Shown: positions 10,563 to 18,987 of the stretch, in pieces
Position numbering within the stretch: position 1 is the first letter of the stretch
How the letters are laid out: each line of letters starts with the position of its first letter
Source: a virus
Virus record (IMG/VR): IMGVR_UViG_3300044633_000521
DNA length: 64,000 bases
Strand: one strand, 5' to 3'
Program-made: the position numbers and the translations under genes
Notes under the pieces: model-generated
Databases searched by the model: none
Seen by the model: only the letters and a program-made list of their open reading frames with translations
Told to the model about the DNA's origin: nothing

Positions 10563-11364
10563 TAAATTCCTTTTCATAATAATGCACTGGGCTGTATTGA
10601 TTCACATTATTGATACGTAAAATTTCTTTGTCGTATTCGATATTAACATGGTCTGTCCACGGTTGCGTGTCTGCCCAGCCTTGTATCTGTGGTTTCATGT
10701 GTACAAAGTTAAAGAAATCTAACGTAGGTATAGTACATTGTTCGATGCCTATTAATTTTGCAGTTAACGCAAATACTACATCGGTCGAGGGCAATTCATC
10801 GCATTGTATTAGTTGATCTTTTACAGTGCTCCAATTTGCATATATTAGTCGAGCTATTTTAAAAAATTCTGCTGCAGTCTGACTAAATCTAAAATAATAC
10901 ATGCCACTATAGACATTGGGTAAGTCATTAAGTTCGAATAATTTTCTATATGGTGTGTTAGTTATTGTTTGTTGTTGATAATTTTTGCAATTATAACTAA
11001 AGCATACATCGCGCAATCTTAGTGCATATAGCCAATGACTAATATCGCGTGTAAACAATAAATCACTTTCAAGTTTAATTGTTTCTTTAAAAGGTGTAAG
11101 GTAAAATACCTGCCATTCGTTTGACATTTTCCACTGTTCGTCTGTTGCATAATCTGTTGGTAATTCAATTATATAATCAAATACTGCTTTATGCTCATCA
11201 GTTACTACTGCTAGTGTAGGCGCATCGACAATAACTGCATATTGAGAATTGGGTTGAGTTGCTTTAATATTTTGCGCTTGTATATAGGCAAGGTTAAGAT
11301 AATCTGTTTGCTGATTATTTTGTGCAATGGTTAAAAACCCAACTTGCGATTTAAATTCACGCAT
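10546..11364 (-). CDS. Glycosyltransferase-like protein (GT8/mannosyltransferase-like GT-A fold)
   Basis: GFLTIA...TPFKETIKLESDLLF, VYSGMYYF, STDVVFA, FVHMK. Start probably ATG 11364 (GAGG 9 nt upstream). Confidence 0.65.
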   Translation of the reverse strand: MREFKSQVGFLTIAQNNQQTDYLNLAYIQAQNIKATQPNSQYAVIVDAPTLAVVTDEHKAVFDYIIELPTDYATDEQWKMSNEWQVFYLTPFKETIKLESDLLFTRDISHWLYALRLRDVCFSYNCKNYQQQTITNTPYRKLFELNDLPNVYSGMYYFRFSQTAAEFFKIARLIYANWSTVKDQLIQCDELPSTDVVFALTAKLIGIEQCTIPTLDFFNFVHMKPQIQGWADTQPWTDHVNIEYDKEILRINNVNQYSPVHYYEKEFNEYNR

Positions 11365-12136
11365 TGATTGCATCCTCAATCAATATGTTACAATCATCCG
11401 ATAATAAGTACGCTTTACTCATAACATGCAATGACTGCTTTGGCATTGCCCATGCCTGTGTATCTGATTTAACTAGCAATTTTCCATCTTTTAATTTAAT
11501 TGACTGCACTTTATTGCAAAATGAAACAATAGGCCACGGCAAGTAATTTATTGGGTCTTGACAATACCCATTAAGAATATTATCTGCTATAGTAAACGCA
11601 TAATCATTGCGATAATTTGATTCGCGTATATTATACAGTTTTTTATAATAACTATAATTACGTTCAATTTTACCAATTAAATCAAACAATAATTTAGTAC
11701 GCGGAGTTTTATTAAACACAACAACTGTAGCCCATAATGTAGGTAAACTATAAGTACCCATGGCACCAGCGTCGGCTCCGTCTATATATGTATTGTGTCT
11801 GGCTATAGTATAATCATTGACTGTGTCTACAATTTTTAATAAATTATCATCAAATATCAAATAATCACTATCTAATAGTATAGTTTGATCATACGGACTG
11901 AGTGCGTATGCTTGCGCTCTACCAGCATTATTCCATTGTTCAAATTGACCGGAATCAATCGAATAACGTTGATTTTTACTTTTTATATTGTTAGTAATAA
12001 TAGTAACTGGTAACTTTAAATAATGCGAGATTAATCGACTAGCACGATGCGCAATAGCTTCATAATCTATTGTATCCGTGTTTGTTGCAAATAAGACAAC
12101 ACCCTTAGATTTTTCTGATTTGTTTAAGTTTGTCAT
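11357..12136 (-). CDS. Glycosyltransferase-like protein, paralog of the downstream gene
   Basis: GVVLFA...SPYDQTILLDSDYL (DxD), WATVVVF, RNDYAF, LHVMSK. Confidence 0.7.
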   Translation of the reverse strand: MTNLNKSEKSKGVVLFATNTDTIDYEAIAHRASRLISHYLKLPVTIITNNIKSKNQRYSIDSGQFEQWNNAGRAQAYALSPYDQTILLDSDYLIFDDNLLKIVDTVNDYTIARHNTYIDGADAGAMGTYSLPTLWATVVVFNKTPRTKLLFDLIGKIERNYSYYKKLYNIRESNYRNDYAFTIADNILNGYCQDPINYLPWPIVSFCNKVQSIKLKDGKLLVKSDTQAWAMPKQSLHVMSKAYLLSDDCNILIEDAINA

Positions 12137-12422
12137 GCTCGATATGCCACAAATTCATTATTGATTGATAATGCTCGCGTGCCGCTGTTAAAAATTCATC
12201 ACGATTAATCTTAATAGGATTAGAATAGACATCTTCTAAGAATAGTGTGTTATCTGGCCAAGTGGTTACAAATGCTAGTATTGCTGGGCTTATTAAAAAT
12301 AGTCCGCCGGCATGCACTAAATGTAGATCTGTTAAAATCTTTTCTTTAAGGGTATGTTTATTTTTTTGATAGTCGGTAGCAACACGAATTTGTTCCACTA
12401 ATTGTTCAACTGTTGATGTCAT
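12105..12422 (-). CDS. Hypothetical protein (first gene of the modification operon)
   Basis: 105-aa ORF overlapping the next gene; promoters upstream. Confidence 0.7.
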   Translation of the reverse strand: MTSTVEQLVEQIRVATDYQKNKHTLKEKILTDLHLVHAGGLFLISPAILAFVTTWPDNTLFLEDVYSNPIKINRDEFLTAAREHYQSIMNLWHIEHDKLKQIRKI

Positions 12423-12451
12423 ATAAGTAATTATCTTAATAAATTATAGTC

Positions 12452-12475
12452 AAAATAAAAGCACTGGATAGTGCT
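12452..12475 (-). terminator. Intrinsic terminator after the tail-fibre operon
   Basis: AGCACT-ATCC-AGTGCT followed by TTTATTTT on the minus strand. Confidence 0.6.
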
Positions 12476-12478
12476 CTT

Positions 12479-12507
12479 ATTATATTACATTATATGATAA
12501 GTGTCAA
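12479..12507 (-). promoter_or_regulatory. Consensus sigma70 (early/middle) promoter
   Basis: TTGACA (12507-12502), 17 nt, TATAAT (12484-12479): a perfect consensus. Confidence 0.85.
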
Positions 12508-12510
12508 CTG

Positions 12511-13464
12511 TTAGTTAACCGTTGCCGCTGGTGTTACTGTGCCCCATGTTGCTGAGATATTAGTGGATTCTGGTGGAGTAACGGTTACTGCCGCACGCAC
12601 AGTCATTGAAATTTGATCTTGTGCTGTGTTTGTTGAATCAGCAGCGCCATCATTGTAGTTAATTGTAAACGTTAATGTTGTTCCTAATCCGCCGTTTGCA
12701 CCTGCGGCTCCTGATACTTTACACAACACCTCAACATAATTGCTAGTATATGCAGCAGTAGTATCTGTTAATCTAATTAGTGTTTGATCTAAAGTTGTTA
12801 AATCCCAGAAACCAATACCACTACCGTCAGTAGTTAGTGTACCACCAACACCGGTGCGAGTATTTGTTGATTGATCAAAGTGCAATGTTCCAAATTTTGT
12901 ACCAAGTAAACTAGTCCAAGCAGTTTCTTTATTATTATCTGAGCCGCCTGCTGGTACACTTAAACTAATACCGATACGACCACCTGCATTAAAGAAATAA
13001 CGTGCTTGGTCTGCACTACCAAAAGTAATTGTACGTACTTGTTGGAATGTCGTTGGACTTGTTTGGGCCCATGTACCATCGTAGTTGGTAGTGCTCGGTG
13101 TTCCACGTGTGCTGTTAAAGTTTAAACGGTTATTATACGCATCTGTAACTTTACCACTCAGGGCACTTAAGTAAGCAATCAAATCGCCCGCAACTGGACT
13201 AGTTAAACCAGAACCGCTACCTGCTTGATGTGTTAACATGCTGTTTAAACGAGCAATCATAGTTGACCATTGAGTTGCTGTTACTGTGCCACCTGCTGTT
13301 ACCGCAGATAACACTGTAGATTGGCCGTATCCTTTGTTACCATTACCAACACCCCATACTGTATTGATATTTGCCACAGCATTATTAGCTGAGCCGTCAG
13401 CATTGCCTGTAGCAAAAACATTATAGTGGTCTCTTAATATTACGTCGCCTTGTGCGTATGCCAT
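12511..13464 (-). CDS. Virion structural protein (tail-fibre/baseplate-associated)
   Basis: Gly/Thr/Ala-rich 317 aa, ARYFFNAGG motif, last gene of the fibre cluster, SD AGGA. Confidence 0.65.
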   Translation of the reverse strand: MAYAQGDVILRDHYNVFATGNADGSANNAVANINTVWGVGNGNKGYGQSTVLSAVTAGGTVTATQWSTMIARLNSMLTHQAGSGSGLTSPVAGDLIAYLSALSGKVTDAYNNRLNFNSTRGTPSTTNYDGTWAQTSPTTFQQVRTITFGSADQARYFFNAGGRIGISLSVPAGGSDNNKETAWTSLLGTKFGTLHFDQSTNTRTGVGGTLTTDGSGIGFWDLTTLDQTLIRLTDTTAAYTSNYVEVLCKVSGAAGANGGLGTTLTFTINYNDGAADSTNTAQDQISMTVRAAVTVTPPESTNISATWGTVTPAATVN

Positions 13465-13477
13465 TGTTTATTTCCTA

Positions 13478-14944
13478 TTAACTATTTAATTTAACTATTG
13501 CTTCTACTGTGCCTTCGCCGTCAGTAGTTTTGTCTGTTAGTGCGCGACCGATAACGTTAAATGCTGTCATTTCACTACGGTTCGCAGCACGTGCGCGGCC
13601 TTGGCCAGCACTTACCAAACGATCACCTTTCTTAACCTTACCAACTACAAGAACTGGCACACGACCATTTACAGCAATCGGTGGATGTGTTTGATCAGTA
13701 CCTGCTGTACCATTCATTAAGAATGCAGCTTTTGTACTTATAACGCCAAACACTGCTTCCGACAATTCTTGAACTGCGGCTGTAACTTCTTTAATGCCGC
13801 CTAATTCAACTACTGTACCAGCTGGATATGGTTGATCTGCTTCAAAGCGTTCTGCCAAGTCAGCGTATTGTGCTTGTACTGATGTACCGATAAAGCTAAC
13901 CGCATATACGTTAGCAAACTTGCTAGTCACTGAACCAATGTTAATTGTCGCATTACTTGTTGGCAGCAATGATGTTGATACTGTTGCTTTGGCTAAAATC
14001 GCTGTGCCGCTAACTGTTAAATTAGCTGACACTGTTTGACTAGAACTTACAGTTAAGCTGCCTGGGATAGTAACTGCTCTAGTAGTGCCAGTAATTTGAA
14101 TTGCTGGCTGACTTGTACTACCTTGTTTAATATAAATGTTTAGATCGGCATCATTAACTGTGCCTACTAGATTTACAGCACTACTAGCATAGTTGATATT
14201 GAAGTTATCGCTAGAACCAACATAAAAACCAGTGTTATTTTGTACTTTAAAAGTAGCATTAGTTGTTTCATTGGTGTCTTTCTTAAGGAAATTACTAGCT
14301 GTAAATCCTTGTAGAGTTAATGCGTTACTTGCGTCACCTGTAAATTGTGCGCCAGTAACTGTTGATGTACTTACCAGATTAAAACCTGGTTTTACATTAG
14401 CAAATCCATTGATAGTTGTTTGTGGTGAAAATGTGCTGTCTTTGCTTAATATACCAACTACAGTATTACTAATATAGAATTTAACTATAACATGACTTCC
14501 AGAACTACTGTCTGAAACTGTTTCAACGATAGCACCTGAAGTACCTGCTGTGCTAGTATACGCTGGGCCAATAGTTGTCCAAGTACTGCCGCTCCACACT
14601 TTTAACTGTGCTGACGCACTGTCCCACCATAGGTCACCTGTTACAGGATTTGCTGGATTTGTGCTGCCGCTGGCTGAGCTAGATATAGGTTTCCAAACAC
14701 TTCCGTCATACACTTTTAGTACGCTGTTTGCGCTGTCAAACCATAGTTGACCTTTAATAGCATAGCTTGGCGCACTGCCGCTTGAGAAATTCTCTAGCAA
14801 CTTAACATAGTTTTCATTTAAGAAAACACCATACCCGGCATAGTTTTTACCAATTAGTGTTAAACTTGTACTGGTGTTGTTAACGGTACCATCTGCAATT
14901 GTAGCTAATGTTGTTCCAGATGTTGTAGTTATTGTATATGACAT
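13478..14944 (-). CDS. Tail fibre/short-fibre protein with C-terminal chaperone/autocleavage-like domain
   Basis: N-terminus paralogous to 14987..16342 (GQLWFD/GDLWWD repeats). C-terminal YADLAERFEAD...GTVV...GVIS...GRVPV...GDRLVS...IGRAL. Confidence 0.7.
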   Translation of the reverse strand: MSYTITTTSGTTLATIADGTVNNTSTSLTLIGKNYAGYGVFLNENYVKLLENFSSGSAPSYAIKGQLWFDSANSVLKVYDGSVWKPISSSASGSTNPANPVTGDLWWDSASAQLKVWSGSTWTTIGPAYTSTAGTSGAIVETVSDSSSGSHVIVKFYISNTVVGILSKDSTFSPQTTINGFANVKPGFNLVSTSTVTGAQFTGDASNALTLQGFTASNFLKKDTNETTNATFKVQNNTGFYVGSSDNFNINYASSAVNLVGTVNDADLNIYIKQGSTSQPAIQITGTTRAVTIPGSLTVSSSQTVSANLTVSGTAILAKATVSTSLLPTSNATINIGSVTSKFANVYAVSFIGTSVQAQYADLAERFEADQPYPAGTVVELGGIKEVTAAVQELSEAVFGVISTKAAFLMNGTAGTDQTHPPIAVNGRVPVLVVGKVKKGDRLVSAGQGRARAANRSEMTAFNVIGRALTDKTTDGEGTVEAIVKLNS

Positions 14945-14986
14945 ATTTGTAACCTATTTAATATTATATTATTTATCTTAAGCATA

Positions 14987-16342
14987 TTAGGAGTATTGAA
15001 ACCAGAAATCGCCGTCGTTTGATCCACTATCATTTACACCTGCTAGTGGAGCACTAGTACTTACAAATTTAGCACTGCCGCCCCACCATTGTGTGGCTGA
15101 TTTTACATAACTCGTTGTTGCTACGCTAGCATTACCGGCTTCGTTGTATATTTGGGGTTGTTGAATTGCTGTGGCGCCATTTTTTAAACTAATGCCACTG
15201 GCACTACCAGTTAACACCTGTACACCATCAATAACTGCTTCAATACTACCCGGCCCTGCTCCGGTGTCAGTTACTTGTATATAACTATCATTACCATAAA
15301 TTTTATATAAACTTATTGAATTCTGCACAAAAGCAGTAGTAGCTAGTTGTGTAGTGTTTGTTCCGGTAGTTGCTGTAGGCGCTGTAGGAGTGCCTAATAA
15401 ATTAGAATCTGTAAAGCTATCGTCTACATACTGTTTAGTTGCTATGCCTGTAGCAGTTGTTGGGTCATCACTAACCTCAACAGCGCCAGTTAACCCGTTA
15501 ACGTATATAGAACGTGTTAAAACTCCGCCTACGTTAGCATAAACACTAATATCACCGTCTGATGATTGGTTAGTAATAGCAACATCTGTACCAGCGACAG
15601 TAATAGCCAAATCACTCCCGGATCCCACAACAATACCATTATCGTTGTTGATTGTTAGTGATCCGATCGACGTATTGTCTATATCAGTTCTAAGATAATT
15701 AGCAGCAACTACTCCGCCTAAATAGTTTGCGTTATTTGCTGTAACGTAGAATGTTCCACTGTTAATACTAGTATTAGCTGTTAATCCTTGCTGTACAACA
15801 GCATAGCCTGGAATAGCCGGGGAAGGTGTAAAGACTGTGTCTCTGCTGATAATACTTGTACGAGCATTGTTTAAATAGATACTAAGAACCTGATGATTTA
15901 TTGAACCGTCACTGATTGTTTCCCAGATAGCACCACTCTTGCCGTTTAATTTACTGTAGGCTGGGCCAATTAAAATCCAACTAGATCCATTGTAACCCGA
16001 TAGTTGATCATTGATAGTATCCCACCATAGGTCGCCTGTGATTGCGCCGGCCGGGGCACTGGTATCAGCAGTCGCCGAACTAATGTTCTTCCATAAGCTA
16101 CCAGTGTAAACTTTTAAGCGAGTTAAACTGGTGTCCCACCAAATTTGCCCTGCTAGTGGGTTACTTGGACTTGAACCGTAGGCAAAATTCTCTACTAATG
16201 CTACTAGATTATCGGTCATAATCTGACCGTAGTTGCTATAGTTACGACCAACTAATGTTAAACTAGTAGATGCTATATCTACTGTACCGTCTAATATAGT
16301 GCCTAACGTTGTTCCGTCTGTTTTTCTTATAATGTACGACAT
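14987..16342 (-). CDS. Tail fibre/baseplate-anchored fibre protein
   Basis: MSYIIRKTDGTTLGTILDGTVD N-terminus, GQIWWD/GDLWWD, ATKQYVD, GTPTAPTA..GTNTTQLATTAFV fibre motifs. Confidence 0.75.
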   Translation of the reverse strand: MSYIIRKTDGTTLGTILDGTVDIASTSLTLVGRNYSNYGQIMTDNLVALVENFAYGSSPSNPLAGQIWWDTSLTRLKVYTGSLWKNISSATADTSAPAGAITGDLWWDTINDQLSGYNGSSWILIGPAYSKLNGKSGAIWETISDGSINHQVLSIYLNNARTSIISRDTVFTPSPAIPGYAVVQQGLTANTSINSGTFYVTANNANYLGGVVAANYLRTDIDNTSIGSLTINNDNGIVVGSGSDLAITVAGTDVAITNQSSDGDISVYANVGGVLTRSIYVNGLTGAVEVSDDPTTATGIATKQYVDDSFTDSNLLGTPTAPTATTGTNTTQLATTAFVQNSISLYKIYGNDSYIQVTDTGAGPGSIEAVIDGVQVLTGSASGISLKNGATAIQQPQIYNEAGNASVATTSYVKSATQWWGGSAKFVSTSAPLAGVNDSGSNDGDFWFQYS

Positions 16343-16356
16343 GGTTTTATCCTAAT

Positions 16357-17016
16357 TTATATACTGCTCAAATTCGTTAATGTTTGGATACGCACTGTAT
16401 AATCGATTTGGATCAATCTGTTCAGTGATTTTTGTACTGGGCTAAAAATCACATGTGTAAGTAATGGGCCTGTTCCTTCACCGCTAGGTCCCCAACCTTT
16501 TAATCCTAGTTCGTCAAATACGAACTGTCCGTTAATATCTTGACTATTATCGAATACAGCCTGGCCACTTGGCTCGCCGTAGTCTAATAGACAACTTACT
16601 ATAATGTCACTGTATATCTGACCAGGTACGTGTGTAATTTCTATTTTATTTCTTAACGGATCACTGTTGGCCGCGTTAGTATCATCTACGATTTTATAGT
16701 ATTGTGGACTATACAAGTCGGCATTTTGTACGTTAGTATTGGTTGGCAAGTATGTAATAACACCAGTGGGGTCAACTGTAGTACCACCATTACCAAAGTG
16801 CATTTCTGTAATAAAGTTGGTACCTTTATTACTTAGACTATAGGCAATGGCTTCACTCATGTTTTCATAGTGAATTGCGTTACGTTTGTCAACAAATACT
16901 TCTTTAGTTTCGGGATCAAATATTTTAATATGACCCTGAATATGTATGCCGCCGCGTTCATCTGGTTGCTTTTTAGATTGAAAATTTGTTGAATTAAAAT
17001 TCATTTTAGTATCCAT
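16357..17016 (-). CDS. Conserved baseplate/tail structural protein
   Basis: HIKIFD...NAIH...FDELGL...LLTHVIFSPVQKSLNRLIQIDYTVRI. Start likely ATG 17016, 5 nt after a late-promoter motif; the track start is 17043. Confidence 0.65.
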   Translation of the reverse strand: MDTKMNFNSTNFQSKKQPDERGGIHIQGHIKIFDPETKEVFVDKRNAIHYENMSEAIAYSLSNKGTNFITEMHFGNGGTTVDPTGVITYLPTNTNVQNADLYSPQYYKIVDDTNAANSDPLRNKIEITHVPGQIYSDIIVSCLLDYGEPSGQAVFDNSQDINGQFVFDELGLKGWGPSGEGTGPLLTHVIFSPVQKSLNRLIQIDYTVRIQTLTNLSSI

Positions 17017-17047
17017 ACTCTTATTTATTTCGTTGTCTTTCATTAGT

Positions 17048-18985
17048 TTAGCCGCCTAGTAATTTGATCCGTTCCGCCAATTGGTTTAGAGCGTCTGATA
17101 CTGTATAAACATTACTAGTCCAATTTAATGAATTAGCCATGGTAAATGCTACGTTGCCCTCTATACTACCAGTGACTGGTATGGTTAAATTACCAGTATC
17201 AGCAAACTGCCAATGATGTGTAACAGAATTGGTAGAATTATGAACACTTATGTTTGCTGATGTAGTTTGAATTGTATATCCATGGACGATGTTAGCATTA
17301 GCACTTGGAGCTGCTACATACGCTGACCCACTTGCTGGAGCAATCAATAACGCAGAAGTTGGGGTATCTACTACACGACTACCATTTACAAAATTAATAG
17401 CTGTAAATGTTGTCGTACCGTTGGTAATATTAGTAATAGAGCCTGCTTGTACTGCAGCATTTGATACTAAGCTACTTATAGTAGTTTGTTGAGCAGCCGC
17501 ATTACTTGTTAACGAACCAACTGCTGACTGGAGTACCGCAATATTACCAGATTGAACTGCAGCATTACTAGATAATGTAGCAACGTTTGCAGACACATTG
17601 GCGATACTGTTAGTCAATGTTACACTTAAGTTCGCATCACTACCCAACGCAGTAGCCAATTCGTTTAGAGTATCTAATGTACTAGGCGCGCCGCCAACTA
17701 ACGCAGCAATGTTGGCTGTAATTTTACTATCGACGTAACCCTTCATTGCGGTATTGGCGGTTGTAATGTCTGAACTGACGTTGGCTATTAGGCCGCTTTG
17801 TACTCCGGCGTTAGCAGTTATGTTAGCAATTAAGCCCGCTTGTACCGCAGCATTTGATGTTAATATAACTACATTACTTTGTAAAATTGTAACGTTAGAT
17901 TGTAGACTGCTAATATTGCTAGAGTGGATGATGTCATTTGCTTGTAGATTAGAACCTGTTTGAGACACAACACTTACGTCTGATTGGAGTTGTGCTACGT
18001 TGGCTTCGAGCCCGCTGATATCTCCTAAAGAACTAATCAATCCTGCCTGTACTGCGGCGTTACTTGTTAGTGTAGCAATTAAGCCGGCCTGTACTGCAGC
18101 GTTACTTTCTAGATCACTTATTTGACCTGTATGTACGCCCACTGCTGAGAACAAAGCTTCAACGTTTGCTTCAATTCCACTAGCATCACCTAATATAGCT
18201 ACGTTAGCTTCTAATCCAGCAATCAATCCTGCCTGTACTGCGGCGTTACTTGCTAGTGTAGCAACATTGCTCTGTAGTATGGCTATTGAGTCACTCTGGC
18301 TACCAGCATTAGCTAATAATGTAGTAAGCGCACCTGCTTGTATAGCTGCGTTGCTGGTTAAGACACTCAATTCTCCCGCTTGTACTGAAGCGTTAGCTGT
18401 CAGTGTTGCGAGCTCGCCCGCTTGTACAGCAGCATTACTTGTTAAACTAGCAAGTGTACCTGCTTGTACTGCGGCATTGCTGGTTAGTGTAGCAAGTTCT
18501 CCAGACTGAGCACCAGCATTACTTGTTAGTGTTCCCAATTCACCTGCTTGTAAAGCAGCATTTGCTGTGAGTGTTGTCAAAATTCCAGATTGTGTAGCAG
18601 CATTAGCTTGTAAGACTGCTATTTCGCCCGACTTAACTGCTAGGTTACTGTAAATGTCTGCTATCGCGCCCGCTTGTACTGCGGCATTACTAGTTAAGTC
18701 AGCGATTAATCCACCTTGTACTGCGGCGTTGCTAGTCAAGTTAGCGATAGCACCTGCTTGTACTGCGGCATTGCTAGTTAGTGTAGTAATACTGTCCGCT
18801 TGCGCCCCAGCATTGGCTGTGAGATTTGCTAGGTCAACTCCAGCTGGACCTATAATATAATTTGTTAATTGTGTTACATTACCTCGTACTGTGGTTAATG
18901 TTCCGGCTACGTTACTAACCAAAGGTATTAGTATATTACCTAATATCGTAGGTGCGCTGGTTAGTTGGCTAATCTTAATTGTCAT
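17048..18985 (-). CDS. Coiled-coil fibre protein with 14-residue repeats
   Basis: MTIKISQL N-terminus; many LTSNAAVQAGxIAx units; GAPSTLDTLNELATALG fibre motif. Confidence 0.75.
   Translation of the reverse strand: MTIKISQLTSAPTILGNILIPLVSNVAGTLTTVRGNVTQLTNYIIGPAGVDLANLTANAGAQADSITTLTSNAAVQAGAIANLTSNAAVQGGLIADLTSNAAVQAGAIADIYSNLAVKSGEIAVLQANAATQSGILTTLTANAALQAGELGTLTSNAGAQSGELATLTSNAAVQAGTLASLTSNAAVQAGELATLTANASVQAGELSVLTSNAAIQAGALTTLLANAGSQSDSIAILQSNVATLASNAAVQAGLIAGLEANVAILGDASGIEANVEALFSAVGVHTGQISDLESNAAVQAGLIATLTSNAAVQAGLISSLGDISGLEANVAQLQSDVSVVSQTGSNLQANDIIHSSNISSLQSNVTILQSNVVILTSNAAVQAGLIANITANAGVQSGLIANVSSDITTANTAMKGYVDSKITANIAALVGGAPSTLDTLNELATALGSDANLSVTLTNSIANVSANVATLSSNAAVQSGNIAVLQSAVGSLTSNAAAQQTTISSLVSNAAVQAGSITNITNGTTTFTAINFVNGSRVVDTPTSALLIAPASGSAYVAAPSANANIVHGYTIQTTSANISVHNSTNSVTHHWQFADTGNLTIPVTGSIEGNVAFTMANSLNWTSNVYTVSDALNQLAERIKLLGG
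17440..18830 (-). repeat. Degenerate 42-bp coding tandem repeat
   Basis: GCTTGTACTGCGGC-like units on the + strand recur at about 42-nt spacing (e.g. ~18672, ~18714, ~18755; ~18336, ~18378, ~18420, ~18463). Confidence 0.8.
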
Positions 18986-18987
18986 TT

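Noticed and set aside
17440-18830. 42-bp periodic repeats as a CRISPR array or DGR
   Set aside because: They are in-frame coding repeats with mainly third-position variation and no unique spacers; no cas or reverse transcriptase gene is present.
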